Source: Candidatus Latescibacterota bacterium (lineage in GTDB: Bacteria > Latescibacterota > UBA2968 > UBA8231). From it: a stretch of 64,000 nt of DNA. Each line of letters starts with the position of its first letter. Within the stretch, counting starts at the first letter, position 1. The notes below the pieces were generated by a model. The model was not told the origin of the DNA, ran no database searches, and saw nothing but the letters and a program-made list of their open reading frames with translations. The DNA lies in assembly GCA_965206595.1 (NCBI GenBank), contig OZ242214.1:1-64000 (forward strand), in the 5' to 3' direction. The position numbers and the translations under genes are program-made. Of the stretch, positions 8,813 to 19,649 are shown in pieces.

Positions 8813-10375
8813 GTGACCTCGATGGACGCTCCTTCCTACCACGTCGCGGTGATCGACCTCGGCTCCAACACCGCCCGTCTGGTGCTGATCGCCGCCATCC
8901 CCGGGTACTCGTACCGCCTGCAGGACGAGATCCGCGAGGTCGTGCGCCTGCGCCAGGGCATGACCAAGAAGGGGCTCGCCGAGGAAGCCGCGGCCCGGGC
9001 AATCTCGACCTTGAGGCTGTTCAAGCGGTTCTGCGAGAGCACCGGGGCCGATGTCGTGCTGTCGACGGCGACCAGCGCCGTGCGCGACGCCGCCAACGGG
9101 CGCGCTTTCGTGCAGCGGGTCCGCGACGAGGTCGGGCTCGACCTGCGGGTCCTCGACGGCGAGCGCGAAGCCTACTACAGCACGGTCGGCGCCCTGAACG
9201 ACGTCACCCTGCGCGACGGCGCAGTCCTCGACATCGGGGGCGGCAGCGTCCAGGTGAGCGAGGTGCGGGACGGGCGCTTCATCCGGGGAGAAGCGCGCAC
9301 CCTCGGAGCGCTCGCCCTGACCGAGCGCTTCGTGCGCACCGACCCGATCTCGGCGAAAGAGCGGAGGACGCTGGAGCTGGAGATCGAGGCGCAGCTCGAT
9401 TCGATACCGTGGCTCGGAAAGGCCGGCGCCCTGGTCGGACTGGGCGGGACCATCCGCAACCTCGCCAAGATCGAGGCGGCGAGGCAGCGCTACCCCCTCA
9501 ACACCCTGCACGGCTTCCGCCTCACCCGAAGCTCGGTCGACGAGTCGATCGGCCTCTTCTGCCGTTCCGATCTGAAGGCGCGGCAGGCCCTGCCCGGCAT
9601 CAGCCCGGACCGCGCCGACATCATCCCCGCCGGGGCCTTGGTGCTGGCCGCGTTTCTCGACCGCCTCGGCCTCGACGACTTGACGATCTCGGCCTGCGGG
9701 CTGCGGGAGGGGCTCTTCTTCGAGCACTTCTGGCAGCACCTGCCGTTTCCCGTCATCCCGGACGTGCGCCGCTTCAGCGTCCTCAACGTCGCGCGCAACT
9801 ACGACTACCAGAAGCAGCATTCCAACCACGTCCGCTACCTCGCCGGACGCCTGTTCGACCAGCTGGAACCGCTGCACGGGTACGGCGCCGGGGAGCGGGA
9901 GATGCTCGACGCCGCGGCCCTGCTGCACGACCTCGGCACCGTCATCGCCTACGCCGGCCACCACAAGCACTCGCAGACGCTGATCCACTACAACGGGCTG
10001 GCCGGCTTTTCACCGCGCGAGATCGCCCTGATCGGCCTGCTGGCGCGCTACCACCGCAAGGGCGCCCCCGATATCTCGACCTACGAGGCCCTGCTCGACG
10101 CCGACGACCTTGACATCCTCACACGGCTTTCGGCCATCCTCCGCCTTGCGGAGAACCTCGAGCGCGGCCGCAACGGTGTCGTCGACGACGTCATCGTCAA
10201 CTGGGGGGACGACTACCTGAGGCTGACCCTGATCGCCGACGATTACCCCGCGGTGGAGCTGTGGGAGACCGAGCGCAACGCCCTGCCGCTGGTGGAGCAG
10301 GCCTTCGGGCGCAAGGCCCTGGTCGACAGCATCGCCGCGCCGGGGGAGTGGCCGCAGCACCGCCCAGGGGCGTAA
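8813..10375 (+). CDS. ppx: Ppx/GppA exopolyphosphatase
   Basis: 'VIDLGSNT', 'ATSAVRDAAN', 'DIGGGS', 'GLREG', C-terminal HD domain 'LLHDLG'. Confidence 0.92.
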   Translation: MTSMDAPSYHVAVIDLGSNTARLVLIAAIPGYSYRLQDEIREVVRLRQGMTKKGLAEEAAARAISTLRLFKRFCESTGADVVLSTATSAVRDAANGRAFVQRVRDEVGLDLRVLDGEREAYYSTVGALNDVTLRDGAVLDIGGGSVQVSEVRDGRFIRGEARTLGALALTERFVRTDPISAKERRTLELEIEAQLDSIPWLGKAGALVGLGGTIRNLAKIEAARQRYPLNTLHGFRLTRSSVDESIGLFCRSDLKARQALPGISPDRADIIPAGALVLAAFLDRLGLDDLTISACGLREGLFFEHFWQHLPFPVIPDVRRFSVLNVARNYDYQKQHSNHVRYLAGRLFDQLEPLHGYGAGEREMLDAAALLHDLGTVIAYAGHHKHSQTLIHYNGLAGFSPREIALIGLLARYHRKGAPDISTYEALLDADDLDILTRLSAILRLAENLERGRNGVVDDVIVNWGDDYLRLTLIADDYPAVELWETERNALPLVEQAFGRKALVDSIAAPGEWPQHRPGA

Positions 10376-10478
10376 GTCGGCTTACCTGCGGTAACTTTTT
10401 CGGGTGGGACGGTAGGGGCCGGGAGGTGGCATCAGGCCGGAGGGCGCCTTCCTGAACCTGTTGTCTCCCCGAACCTTT

Positions 10479-13400
10479 TCAGCGCAGCAGCATCAGCTTG
10501 CCCACCGCCTGGTACGGCCCCGCCTGCAGCCGGTAGAGATACGAGCCGCTGGCCAGGGCCCGCCCCGAATCGTCCAGGCCGTTCCATTCCACCGAGTGGA
10601 ACCCGGACCCCCGCGCCCCCCGAACCAGCACCGCCAGTTTCTGCCCCAGCAGGTCGAACACCGCCAGCTCGACCGAGGCCTGGGCTTCCGGCAGGGAGAA
10701 GGAGAGCACGGTCCCCCTGTTGAAGGGATTGGGGTAGTTGGGATACAGGGCGAAGACCGCAGGCTCCGCCCCGGACTCCACGACGGTGACAGTGGACGGC
10801 AGAATCTCGAAAGATATCAGGGCCCCCACGTAGGTCAGGTCCCCGGAAGAACCCACGCTCACCGCCAGCCGATAGCTGCCGGCCGGGATTTCTGAAAAAA
10901 GCAGCTCGCCGTCGAAACGCCCCGCATCCACCGGCAGGCTCAAAATGGTGTCTGGCCTGGTTTCATTGTTTCCTTCCTCGTCGAGGGCAAACAAAGCGAA
11001 CTCCACCACGGTCGCCCCCGCATCCGTCACTTCACCGCTGACGCGGAGAGGCCGGCCAGCATTCACCGAGATCGGCAGGGGACGGTCGAGCCGCACCCTG
11101 TTGAAGTAGGCGGTGGGCGCCTCCAGAGGGCCGTGGCCCCTTGAAATGCGCATGGGATGAAAACTTCCGACGAAGGGGGTCGGCTTCCGGTTCGCGACAT
11201 GGACGTTGAGGGTGTAGGTTGCGGCCTCGTCGTGCCGAAAAAAGATGGTGCGCGAAAAACGCCCCTCGTCGACCAGAAGGAAAAAGTCCTCCCCATCTCC
11301 TCCGCCCTCCGGGACGAATTCCAGATTAATCACCTCGACGCTGTCGGCAGTGGTTCCCTGGACCAGCAGGGGTTCCCCGGTAGCCAGCTCCACCGGCAGG
11401 GGGGGATCGAGGGTGATGCCGCCAAAGTGGTCGGAAGTCATAGGAGCTGGGGCCGCGGCCTTCGCCACCGGCAGAACGACCGCGCCCAGCTCTGCATGCC
11501 CCTCGGTTTGCAGGCTCAGGCTTCCGGTACCGTTTCCGACCACGCGGAGGAACTGCAGCCCCCAGGGCGAGATGTGCATCTCCGGGGGTGCATCGCCCAA
11601 CCGGTAGATCACCGAGGCCGGCAGGGGAAAGCCCCTTCCCTCCGGAGTCTGCAGGGTGGCAAGCCGGTAGTTGAAGCGCGGGTGGTCCGCTCTGCCCGGT
11701 ACCGCTGATGTAGAGCTGCGCCCCCCAGCGGGCCATTACGTCGGCAAAGTACTCCCCGGTGGCCGCCTCGACATTGGCGCCGGCGATCAGATCGGTCTGT
11801 ACCAGGCGCAGCAGCACCCCCTCCCCCAGCAGATCGACAAGGCTGCGCACGAACAGGTAAACCCCCCCCGCGCCATGGCGAGAAGTCCGTTGCCGTGTTC
11901 AACCCGACCGCACCCGGCTGTCTGAGAAAGCTGCGCACATACCGGTAGTTGAGGTTGTCCTGCTCCGCCACCAGATCCTGGGCCACGTGGGACAAGCCCT
12001 CGTTGAGCCAGATAGACTCGGTGCTTGACCGGCGCACCAGAACGTGCTGGTTGAAATTGATGAGATGCTGGAAGTAGTGCGCCAGCAAAGGCCGGTACCG
12101 CTCGGAGCGGACCGGGCTCAGCCACAGCAGGTCTGCCATGTTGCCGTCTCCGCCCGACTCGGCAGGGACCACGGAAGTCGCGCGGAACAAGACCCACCGC
12201 CCCAAATCGTGGATCAGGTGGGTGAAGAGCACGGCCATCTTGCCGTCTCCGTCCACGTCCGAAGGGGTTCCGAAGGCACCTGTCAGGATCGGGATATCCT
12301 CGGCGAACTGGTCGACAACCGTCTTCATCTGGTCTTCGTCGATGTTGTTTTCGTCTTCCCGCAGGTTCTCCTGGACGAAGGCTACGACGCGCTCGTTTAC
12401 CGCCACCACCCTCGCTTCGATCGATTGGTCCGGAACCTCCCCTCGGGCAGCGAAGAAAAGGAGCGGCGGTCTCCGACCTCGTACTGTACCCGAACCGGCT
12501 TTCCCGCTTTGCGCCCGCCCTGCTGCAGTCGCAGGGCCAGTGTTTCCTCCAGTTGGCGATCCTGTTTTTCAAGGGAATCGCGGCGATCCGCGAACGGGGC
12601 ATGGATCGGTTTGGTTCGGACCGCATTGCCGTCAACCTCAATGTGGTACCTCGTCCGATCGGACGGTCCTTCGGGCGACGAATAGAGGGCGAAGACGAAA
12701 TCCTGCTCCCGGAAATCGAGGTCCGCCTCCATACGCCCCGCGGCGTCGGCCCGCAGATGCACCAGGTCGGAGGCCGCCTCCCGGCGCCCCAGTCCGGACA
12801 GGGCGATGGAGACCCTCGGCCGAAAGGGATCGTCGCTGAGCACGGTCAGCAGACCCTGGTCATCCCCTGCGCCGCTGTAGCTCAGCACGATCTCCCCGGC
12901 CTCGCCGGGCTCCAGCGCCAAGGGGTATCTCTCGACCGCAATAGGACCTTCGATCAGGGGCGTCTCCAGCTCGACCGTCGCGTTTCCCCGGTTGAACAGG
13001 GGAATCGTCGCTTCCTTCCCGGCCAGCAAGGCCATTGAAAGCACCCCCACCTCGAGATCGGCGGCCTGCGGATCGATACCCACAATGACGTACTCACCCG
13101 CAGGCCAGAGGATACCGCCTTGCAGTTCGACCCTCGCGGCCAGGATGATGGGGCCCAGTTCCCAGGGCTCCAGCCGCACTGGGAAATTGAAGCGCCCTTC
13201 CTTCAGTTCCGGGGAGAGGACACGGGATTCCCCTCCGTTTACCGGCTCCAGCTCCAACCGGATTCCCTGCACGAACGGACGCACTTCACCGGCGAAAACC
13301 ACAAGCTTGTTCACCGGCCATTGCACCGGCAGCGGCTCGTCCAGTACCAGCCCATCGAAAAACAGCCTGGGAATTACGGACGGTTCGGTACCGCGCATGA

Positions 13401-14103
13401 TTTCGAGGTGGAGGTACCAACCCATCAAGTCCGCCGTTTCTCCCCATCCAACCCCCAGGAACATGAGCACGGCATACGCTTCCTCCGCTTCCTGCGGCAG
13501 GAGAATGGTACGCTCGAACCGGCCCTCGTCGGCGCGAAAGACGAAATCCCACTGCGACCCTGTCTCGGACAGAAATCGAAAAGCGACGAACGCGGGAAGG
13601 GGGAAGCCCTCCACGGTTCCGGCAATGTGCAGGGCCTCACCGGTGGTGATGCTGGCCGGCAGCGGCTCGTCGAGATTCACAAAGGGGAAATAGCGCCGCG
13701 GCAGCGTCACCGGTCCCTGGCCTTGGTTGACCTGCAAGCCCTCGAAACGCCCTAAAACCCGGGCCCTTTCCCTACCCCTGTCCGCCTCGACCTCCAGGTT
13801 GTACTGCCCAACCGCACTGTGGGGAAAAACGGCTTCGAAAACAAAAGCGCCATCACTTACAAATCCCCAGAAATCCAGTTTAAAGCCATCGTCACGGGTG
13901 AATGTGAAATTGATCTGGAAGATGTTGAAATCTTCGGATTTCCCGGACAGGGACAGGTGCTGGCCCGTCTCGAAGGTTGTGGGCAGGGGCTCGTCCAGCA
14001 GGATGCGGGGGAAGAAATCCGCCGGAACCTCCTCGGCATTCAGCAGGAAGGGATTCACCAACAGCAGGACCACCGGGAAGGCGTGGCGCATGGGTTTCTC
14101 CAC
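10479..14103 (-). pseudogene. Frameshifted paralog of the M30-like peptidase at 14301-17933
   Basis: ORF pieces 12397-14103, 11609-12409, 11326-11850 (part) and 10479-11612 are colinear with the 1210 aa neighbour; at least 3 frameshifts (~12455, ~11870, ~11690); HEFQH reads HYFQH. Confidence 0.8.
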
Positions 14104-14300
14104 CGGTAACGATTTAACCTAACCGCGAGCCGCGGAATGGTTGATCGGGGAGTTTCCGCCAAAAGAACAGGGGCCGCCATCCCCAGCCCCTTTCCACATC
14201 GCCTTGATCACGAACCCCCGGTAGACTCCGCGGTCACGCGGAAACCGGCGGCCGCCGGCGGCGCGGCTCATCGAGCCCGCGGTAAAGCCGATGCCCTCCC

Positions 14301-17300
14301 TCAGCGCAGCAGCATCAGCTTGCCCACCGCCTGGTACGGCCCTGCCTCTAGCCGGTACAGGTACGAGCCGCTGGCCAGGGCACGACCCGATTCGTCGCGG
14401 CCGTTCCACTCCACCGAGTGGAACCCCGACCCCCGCGCTCCCCGGACCAGGACCGCCAGCTTCTGCCCCAGCAGGTCGTACACCGCCAGCTCGACCTCCG
14501 GCCGGGACTCCGGCAGAGAGAAGGAGAGCAGAGTGCGGCTGTTGAAGGGATTGGGGTAGTTGGGATACAGGGCGAAGGCCCGCGGCCCGGTCTCCCCTTC
14601 CTCCAGGACCGCGGTGACCGGTTCGAGGACCTCGAAGGAGGTAACGGCCCCGACGTAGGTCAGATCCCCCTCCGGTCCGACCTCCAGCGACAGCCAGTAA
14701 GTGCCGGGGGGCACATCGTCGAAATGCAGCTCGCCGTTGAAACGCCCCGCCTCGACCGGAAGGCCCTGGGCCTTTTCCGCCTCTCGCGAGCGCTCCCCCT
14801 CCTCGTTCTGGGGAAACAGGGAGAACTCCATCAGGGTCGCTTCGGCATCCTCGACTTCCCCGCTGACGCGGAAGGGCAGGTTGGCGGCAGCCGAGGTCGG
14901 CAGGGGACGGTCGAGCCGCACCCGGTTGAAGTACCGGGTCGGTGCCAGCAGGGGACCTTGCCCCTGGGTCAGGCGAATGGGGAAGAAGCGCCCGGCGAAA
15001 GGGGTCGGTTGCCGATCGACGACGTAGACGTTGAGGGAGTAGGTCGCGGCCTCGTCGTGCTGAAAGAAAACGGTCCGGAGAAAGCGCCCCTCCCCGACCA
15101 GCAGGAAGAACCGCTGCGCATCCCCCCCGTCCTCCGGGACGAACTCGAGGGTGATCTCCTCGACGCTGTCGGCGGTGGTTCCCTGGAGGAGTAGCGGCTC
15201 CCCGGTAGCCAGCTCCAGCGGCAAGGGCGGATCGAGGAGGATGCCGTCGAAGTGGTCGGACGCCATGGGGGCCGCCGCCGCGGCCTTGGCCACCGGCAGG
15301 GCCACCGCTCCCAGTCGGGCCTGCGGCTCGGTCTGCAGCCTCAGCGTTGCGGCTTCACTGCCTTCGAGGCGGAGGAACTGCACCCCCCGGGGCCGGATCG
15401 CCAGCCCGGGGGACTCCTCCCCCAGGCGGTAGGTCACCGAGACCGGCGGGGGAAAGCCCCGGCCCTGCGGGGTCTGCAGGGGCGATATGCGGTAGTTGAA
15501 TCGGGAGTGGCCGCTCAGCCCGGTGCCGCTGATGTAGAGCTGGGCCCCCCAGCGGGCCATCAGGTCGGCGAAGCTCTCCCCGGTGGCGGCCTCGACGTTG
15601 TCGCGATCGACCAGGCCGGTCTGCACCAGGCGCAGCAGCACCCCCTCCCCCAGCAGGTCGACGAGGCTGCGCACGAACAGGTAGGCGGCTCCGCGCATGG
15701 GGGAGTCGACCATGTAGCCGTCGTTCAACCCCACCGCACCCGGCTCCTCCAGGAAGATGCGGACCAAGCTGTAGTTGCCGCTGACCTGGTGGTCCGCGAC
15801 CAGGTCTTCGGCCAGGTGCGACAGGCCCTCGTTGAGCCAGGAAACCTCGCTGATTCCCCGCCGCACGAGGACGTGCTGGTTGAAGTTGACGAGATGCTGG
15901 AACTCGTGCGCCAGCAGGGCCCGGTAAGACTCGGCGGGATAGAGCGGATTCACCCACATGAGATCGGTCACGTTGCCGTCCCCACCCGCGTGCCGGGGCA
16001 GCAGCGAGGCGGCGCGGAATTGCCCGCCGGCGTCGACGTCTTCTATCAGGTGGGTGACGAGCACGGCTATCCTGCCGTCTCCGTCGACGTCGGAGGGAGC
16101 CCCGAAGGCCTCGACCAGGAGCGGGTAATCCCCGGCGAACAGGTCGATGGCTTCCTTCAGCTGGTCCTCCTCGATATTGTCGTCGTCCTCCCGCAGGTCC
16201 TCCTGGACGAAGGCGACGGCGCGCTCGTTGACGGCCACCACCCTGGCCTCGATGGACTGGTCCGGAACCTCCCCCTGCGCCGCGAAGAAGAAGGAGCGGC
16301 GGTCCCCGACCTCGTACTGCACCCCTGCGGGCTTGCCTGCCGGGCGCCCGCTCTCCCGCAGCCTCAGGGACAGGGTCCGCTCGAGCTGCCGCGCCCGGTG
16401 CTCGACGGAATCGCGGCGGTCCGCCCGGGTTGCAACGGTCGGTTTGGCCAGGGCCGCGGAGCCTTCCAGGGAGATCTCGTACACCTTCTCCCGGCGGAAG
16501 CGCTCCAGCGGAGCCGCATAGAGGGCGAAAACCAGATCCTTTTCCATTAGATCGAAGCCGGACTCGATACGCCCGGCGGCGTCGGCCCGCAGGTGCACGA
16601 GGTCGGAGGCCGCCTCCCGGGCCTCCAGCCCCGACAGGGCGACCGACACCCGCGGTCGGAAGGGGTCGTCGCTGAGCACGGTGAGAAGGCCCTGGTCGCC
16701 CCCCGAGCCGTCGTAGCTCAGCTCGACCTCTCCGGCCTCGCCCGGCTCCAGCACGGAGGGATACGCCTCCACCGCGAACGGCCCCTCGACCTGGGGCGGC
16801 TCCAGCTCGACCGGTCCGCTCCCCCGGTTCAACAGGGGGACCTCCGCTTCCCGACCTGCCAGCAGGGCCACCGCCACCACCCCCACTTCCAGGTCCGGAA
16901 TGGGCGGATCGATCCCTTCGATGACGAGCTCGCCGCTGTCCCAGGTGGCGCCGCCCTCCAGCTCGATCACCACCGACAGGCTCACCTGGCCCAGCTCGGA
17001 GGCCAGCAGCCGCGCCGGAAAGCGGAAGCGCCCATCCTCCAGCCCGGGTGACAGCACGCGGATTCCCCCGCCATCCAGCGGCTCCAGGTGCAGCCGGAAC
17101 CGGCGCACGAAGGGACGCGCTTCTCCGGAAAGAACCACGTCCCGCTGCAGCGGCCATTGCACCGGCAGCGGCTCGTCCAGCGCCAGCCCGTCGAAAAAGA
17201 GCCTGGGGACCTCGGCCGGTTGGGCCCCGTGCTGGACTTCGAGGTAGGGGTACCAGTCGACATAGGGCAGGTTCCCCTCCCGCGGGCCGGCGAAAAGGGC

Positions 17301-17933
17301 CAGGGCATTCGCCCCCTCCGCTTCTTCCGGCACGAGGATGGTGCGCTCGAAACGCCCCTCCTCGACGAGGAAGAAGGAGGTCCAGGACGACCCTTCCCCG
17401 AACACGAATCCGAAGGCGAGGGCCCTGTGCGCCGCATCCTCGACCTCCCCGGCCAGGTGCAGGGCCTCCCCGGTGGCCATGCGGGTCGGCAGCGGCTGGT
17501 CGAGAAGAAACCCGGGGAAGAAGCGCCGGGGAAGCATCACCGGCCCCCTGCCCTGGAGCATCTTCAGGCCGTAGTAGCGGCCGGCGTAGTCCAGGGATTC
17601 CCTGGTCTGACCGGTGTAGATCTCGAGGCTGTACTGCCCGCGCGCCGCATGGGGAAAGACGATTTCCCGGGCGAAGCGGCCCTCCCTGACCGGGGTGATG
17701 AAATCCGCCTGCTCCCCCCTGCCGATGGGGAGGAAGCTGAACAGGATCCAGGCGACTCCGCCCTGGTCGACGCTCCCGTCCAGGGGCAGGACCTGCCCGG
17801 TGTCGAAGGTCGTGGGCAGCGGCTCCTCGAACCGGATGCCGGGGAAGAACTTGCCGGGGATGTTCTCCGCCGGGAGCAGCTGCGGCACCAGCATCAGCAG
17901 GACCATCGGGAGTGTTATGCGCATGGCTTTCAC
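14301..17933 (-). CDS. Secreted M30-like zinc metallopeptidase with Ig-like repeats and FlgD/Ig-type C-terminal domain
   Basis: Signal peptide; 'PSDVDGDGRI', 'AHEFQH...WLNEGLS' (gluzincin); 'YPNYPNPFN...GKLMLLR'. Confidence 0.8.
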   Translation of the reverse strand: MKAMRITLPMVLLMLVPQLLPAENIPGKFFPGIRFEEPLPTTFDTGQVLPLDGSVDQGGVAWILFSFLPIGRGEQADFITPVREGRFAREIVFPHAARGQYSLEIYTGQTRESLDYAGRYYGLKMLQGRGPVMLPRRFFPGFLLDQPLPTRMATGEALHLAGEVEDAAHRALAFGFVFGEGSSWTSFFLVEEGRFERTILVPEEAEGANALALFAGPREGNLPYVDWYPYLEVQHGAQPAEVPRLFFDGLALDEPLPVQWPLQRDVVLSGEARPFVRRFRLHLEPLDGGGIRVLSPGLEDGRFRFPARLLASELGQVSLSVVIELEGGATWDSGELVIEGIDPPIPDLEVGVVAVALLAGREAEVPLLNRGSGPVELEPPQVEGPFAVEAYPSVLEPGEAGEVELSYDGSGGDQGLLTVLSDDPFRPRVSVALSGLEAREAASDLVHLRADAAGRIESGFDLMEKDLVFALYAAPLERFRREKVYEISLEGSAALAKPTVATRADRRDSVEHRARQLERTLSLRLRESGRPAGKPAGVQYEVGDRRSFFFAAQGEVPDQSIEARVVAVNERAVAFVQEDLREDDDNIEEDQLKEAIDLFAGDYPLLVEAFGAPSDVDGDGRIAVLVTHLIEDVDAGGQFRAASLLPRHAGGDGNVTDLMWVNPLYPAESYRALLAHEFQHLVNFNQHVLVRRGISEVSWLNEGLSHLAEDLVADHQVSGNYSLVRIFLEEPGAVGLNDGYMVDSPMRGAAYLFVRSLVDLLGEGVLLRLVQTGLVDRDNVEAATGESFADLMARWGAQLYISGTGLSGHSRFNYRISPLQTPQGRGFPPPVSVTYRLGEESPGLAIRPRGVQFLRLEGSEAATLRLQTEPQARLGAVALPVAKAAAAAPMASDHFDGILLDPPLPLELATGEPLLLQGTTADSVEEITLEFVPEDGGDAQRFFLLVGEGRFLRTVFFQHDEAATYSLNVYVVDRQPTPFAGRFFPIRLTQGQGPLLAPTRYFNRVRLDRPLPTSAAANLPFRVSGEVEDAEATLMEFSLFPQNEEGERSREAEKAQGLPVEAGRFNGELHFDDVPPGTYWLSLEVGPEGDLTYVGAVTSFEVLEPVTAVLEEGETGPRAFALYPNYPNPFNSRTLLSFSLPESRPEVELAVYDLLGQKLAVLVRGARGSGFHSVEWNGRDESGRALASGSYLYRLEAGPYQAVGKLMLLR

Positions 17934-18075
17934 GAGGAAGGAGTTGACATTTCAGTGGCGTGCCGGAGGCAGCCGCTTGGGAGGAAGCCCGGATTGGGTA
18001 CCTGGCTGCGGAAACAGATGCATCCGTTTGACGTGCAGCCCCGGCGAATGACTAGCGCCTGCCCTTTTCGCATCT

Positions 18076-18732
18076 TTGGCCAACAAGGTAGTATTCCTGA
18101 CCGCCTCCGCTCCGAACCGGTTCCCGCCGCAGAGACAACGACCCGTGCGCATCGTCACCGGCTCCCTGAAGGGCCGCACTATTCCGTTCAACCCCCGAAG
18201 ACAGGGAGAGATCCGCGTCACCGGCGCGCGCCTGAAGGAAGCGGTCTTCTCCATGCTCGGCCCGCTCGATGGCCGCGCCTTCCTCGACCTGTGCGCCGGC
18301 AGCGGCCAGATCGCCCTGGAGGCGTACAGCCGCGGGGCGAAAGTCATCGCCTGCGAGCCCGACGGCAGGCGCTACCGGATGCTCCGGGAGCTGTTGCAGG
18401 CCTGGGGCGTCGACAAGCGCCTGCAGCTGTTCAACCGGAAGGCGCAGGTGCTGATCCCCCAGGGATATGGAGAATACGCCGGTGTCTACGTCGACCCGCC
18501 GTACGAGGCCTCCCTGGGAGGGCGCCCGCTGAGCCTGGCCCTCGCCGAGCAGCTGGGCCGCGCGCGGATGCTCGACAGCGACGGCATGATGTTCGTTCAG
18601 CATGCCGGCCGCCTGCAGCTTCCCGAGGCCATCGATTCCCTGCGCCTCGAGCGCCGCCGCCCGTTCGGGGACTCCGCGGTCAGCGTGTACGTCGCCTTGG
18701 AGCCTGCCGGCCCCGGCAGCCGGGACGGTTGA
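18076..18732 (+). CDS. rsmD: RsmD-family RNA methyltransferase
   Basis: 'RIVTGSLKGR', 'LKEAVFSML', 'FLDLCAGSG', 'DPPY'. Confidence 0.85.
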   Translation: MANKVVFLTASAPNRFPPQRQRPVRIVTGSLKGRTIPFNPRRQGEIRVTGARLKEAVFSMLGPLDGRAFLDLCAGSGQIALEAYSRGAKVIACEPDGRRYRMLRELLQAWGVDKRLQLFNRKAQVLIPQGYGEYAGVYVDPPYEASLGGRPLSLALAEQLGRARMLDSDGMMFVQHAGRLQLPEAIDSLRLERRRPFGDSAVSVYVALEPAGPGSRDG

Positions 18733-18766
18733 CCACTTCCAGTCCCCCGCTTTCGTTGTACCCATC

Positions 18767-19633
18767 ATGGAATTCACGCCGCTCTCCCGGCAACAGCGAG
18801 ACGGCCTCGAACGCGACGGCTTTCTCGTGGTGCCGCAGGCCCTGCCGCCCGCAATGGTCGGGCGCCTGCTCGAGGCCTGCGACCGCCTGTACGAGCAGGG
18901 ACGGCGCGCCGATGGGATGAACGAGCGCGGCTTCTGGCAGCTGCGCAACTGCCTGCCCGAGGACGACGCATTCCTCGAGCTGCTCGACTGGCCGGCCACG
19001 GTGCCGTTCGTCGTCCAGCTTCTCAACCACAACATCCAGCTGATCACCTCCCACCTCGTGGTGAGACCGCCGATCCCCGCGGGCTCCGATTCCTCGTTCG
19101 GGCGCTCGGGATGGCACCGGGACGGGGGCACCTGCCCCTCCGATCTCGACGCCGCGCAGCCGCGCATGTTCATCAAGATCGCCTACTGGCTCAGCGACAT
19201 CAGCGAACCGGGCCGCGGCGCCATCCGGCTGCTGCCGGGCAGCAACGACACCGCGGTCGAGCCCCCCGAAGGAGACCCGGCCGGGAGCGAGGACTTCGCC
19301 ATGCGCTGCCGGCCCGGGGACGCCGTGCTGTTCGAGAACCGCACCATGCACGCGGTCGGTCCCAACCTGTCGGAGATCACGCGCAAGACCCTCTTCTTCG
19401 GGTACGGGTACCGCTGGTTGCGGCCGATGGACTACCTGCGCATGCCGGAGGAGCTGCTCGAACGCTGCGACCCGATCCGCCGGCAGCTCCTGGGGGATTG
19501 CAGCAGCGCCATGGGCTTCCAGATCCCCGAAGCAGGCGAGGTTCCCCTGAAGGAGTGGATGCAGGAGCACACCGGCGTCGAGATCGAACGCAGCGACGAG
19601 ATCCCCGCCCTCAAGGTCGGCGCCGCGCGCTAG
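18767..19633 (+). CDS. Phytanoyl-CoA dioxygenase (PhyH) family
   Basis: 'RDGFLVV', 'WHRD', 'LLPGS', 'GDAVLFENRTMH'. Confidence 0.85.
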   Translation: MEFTPLSRQQRDGLERDGFLVVPQALPPAMVGRLLEACDRLYEQGRRADGMNERGFWQLRNCLPEDDAFLELLDWPATVPFVVQLLNHNIQLITSHLVVRPPIPAGSDSSFGRSGWHRDGGTCPSDLDAAQPRMFIKIAYWLSDISEPGRGAIRLLPGSNDTAVEPPEGDPAGSEDFAMRCRPGDAVLFENRTMHAVGPNLSEITRKTLFFGYGYRWLRPMDYLRMPEELLERCDPIRRQLLGDCSSAMGFQIPEAGEVPLKEWMQEHTGVEIERSDEIPALKVGAAR

Positions 19634-19649
19634 CCGGCCCGGCCTAGCC

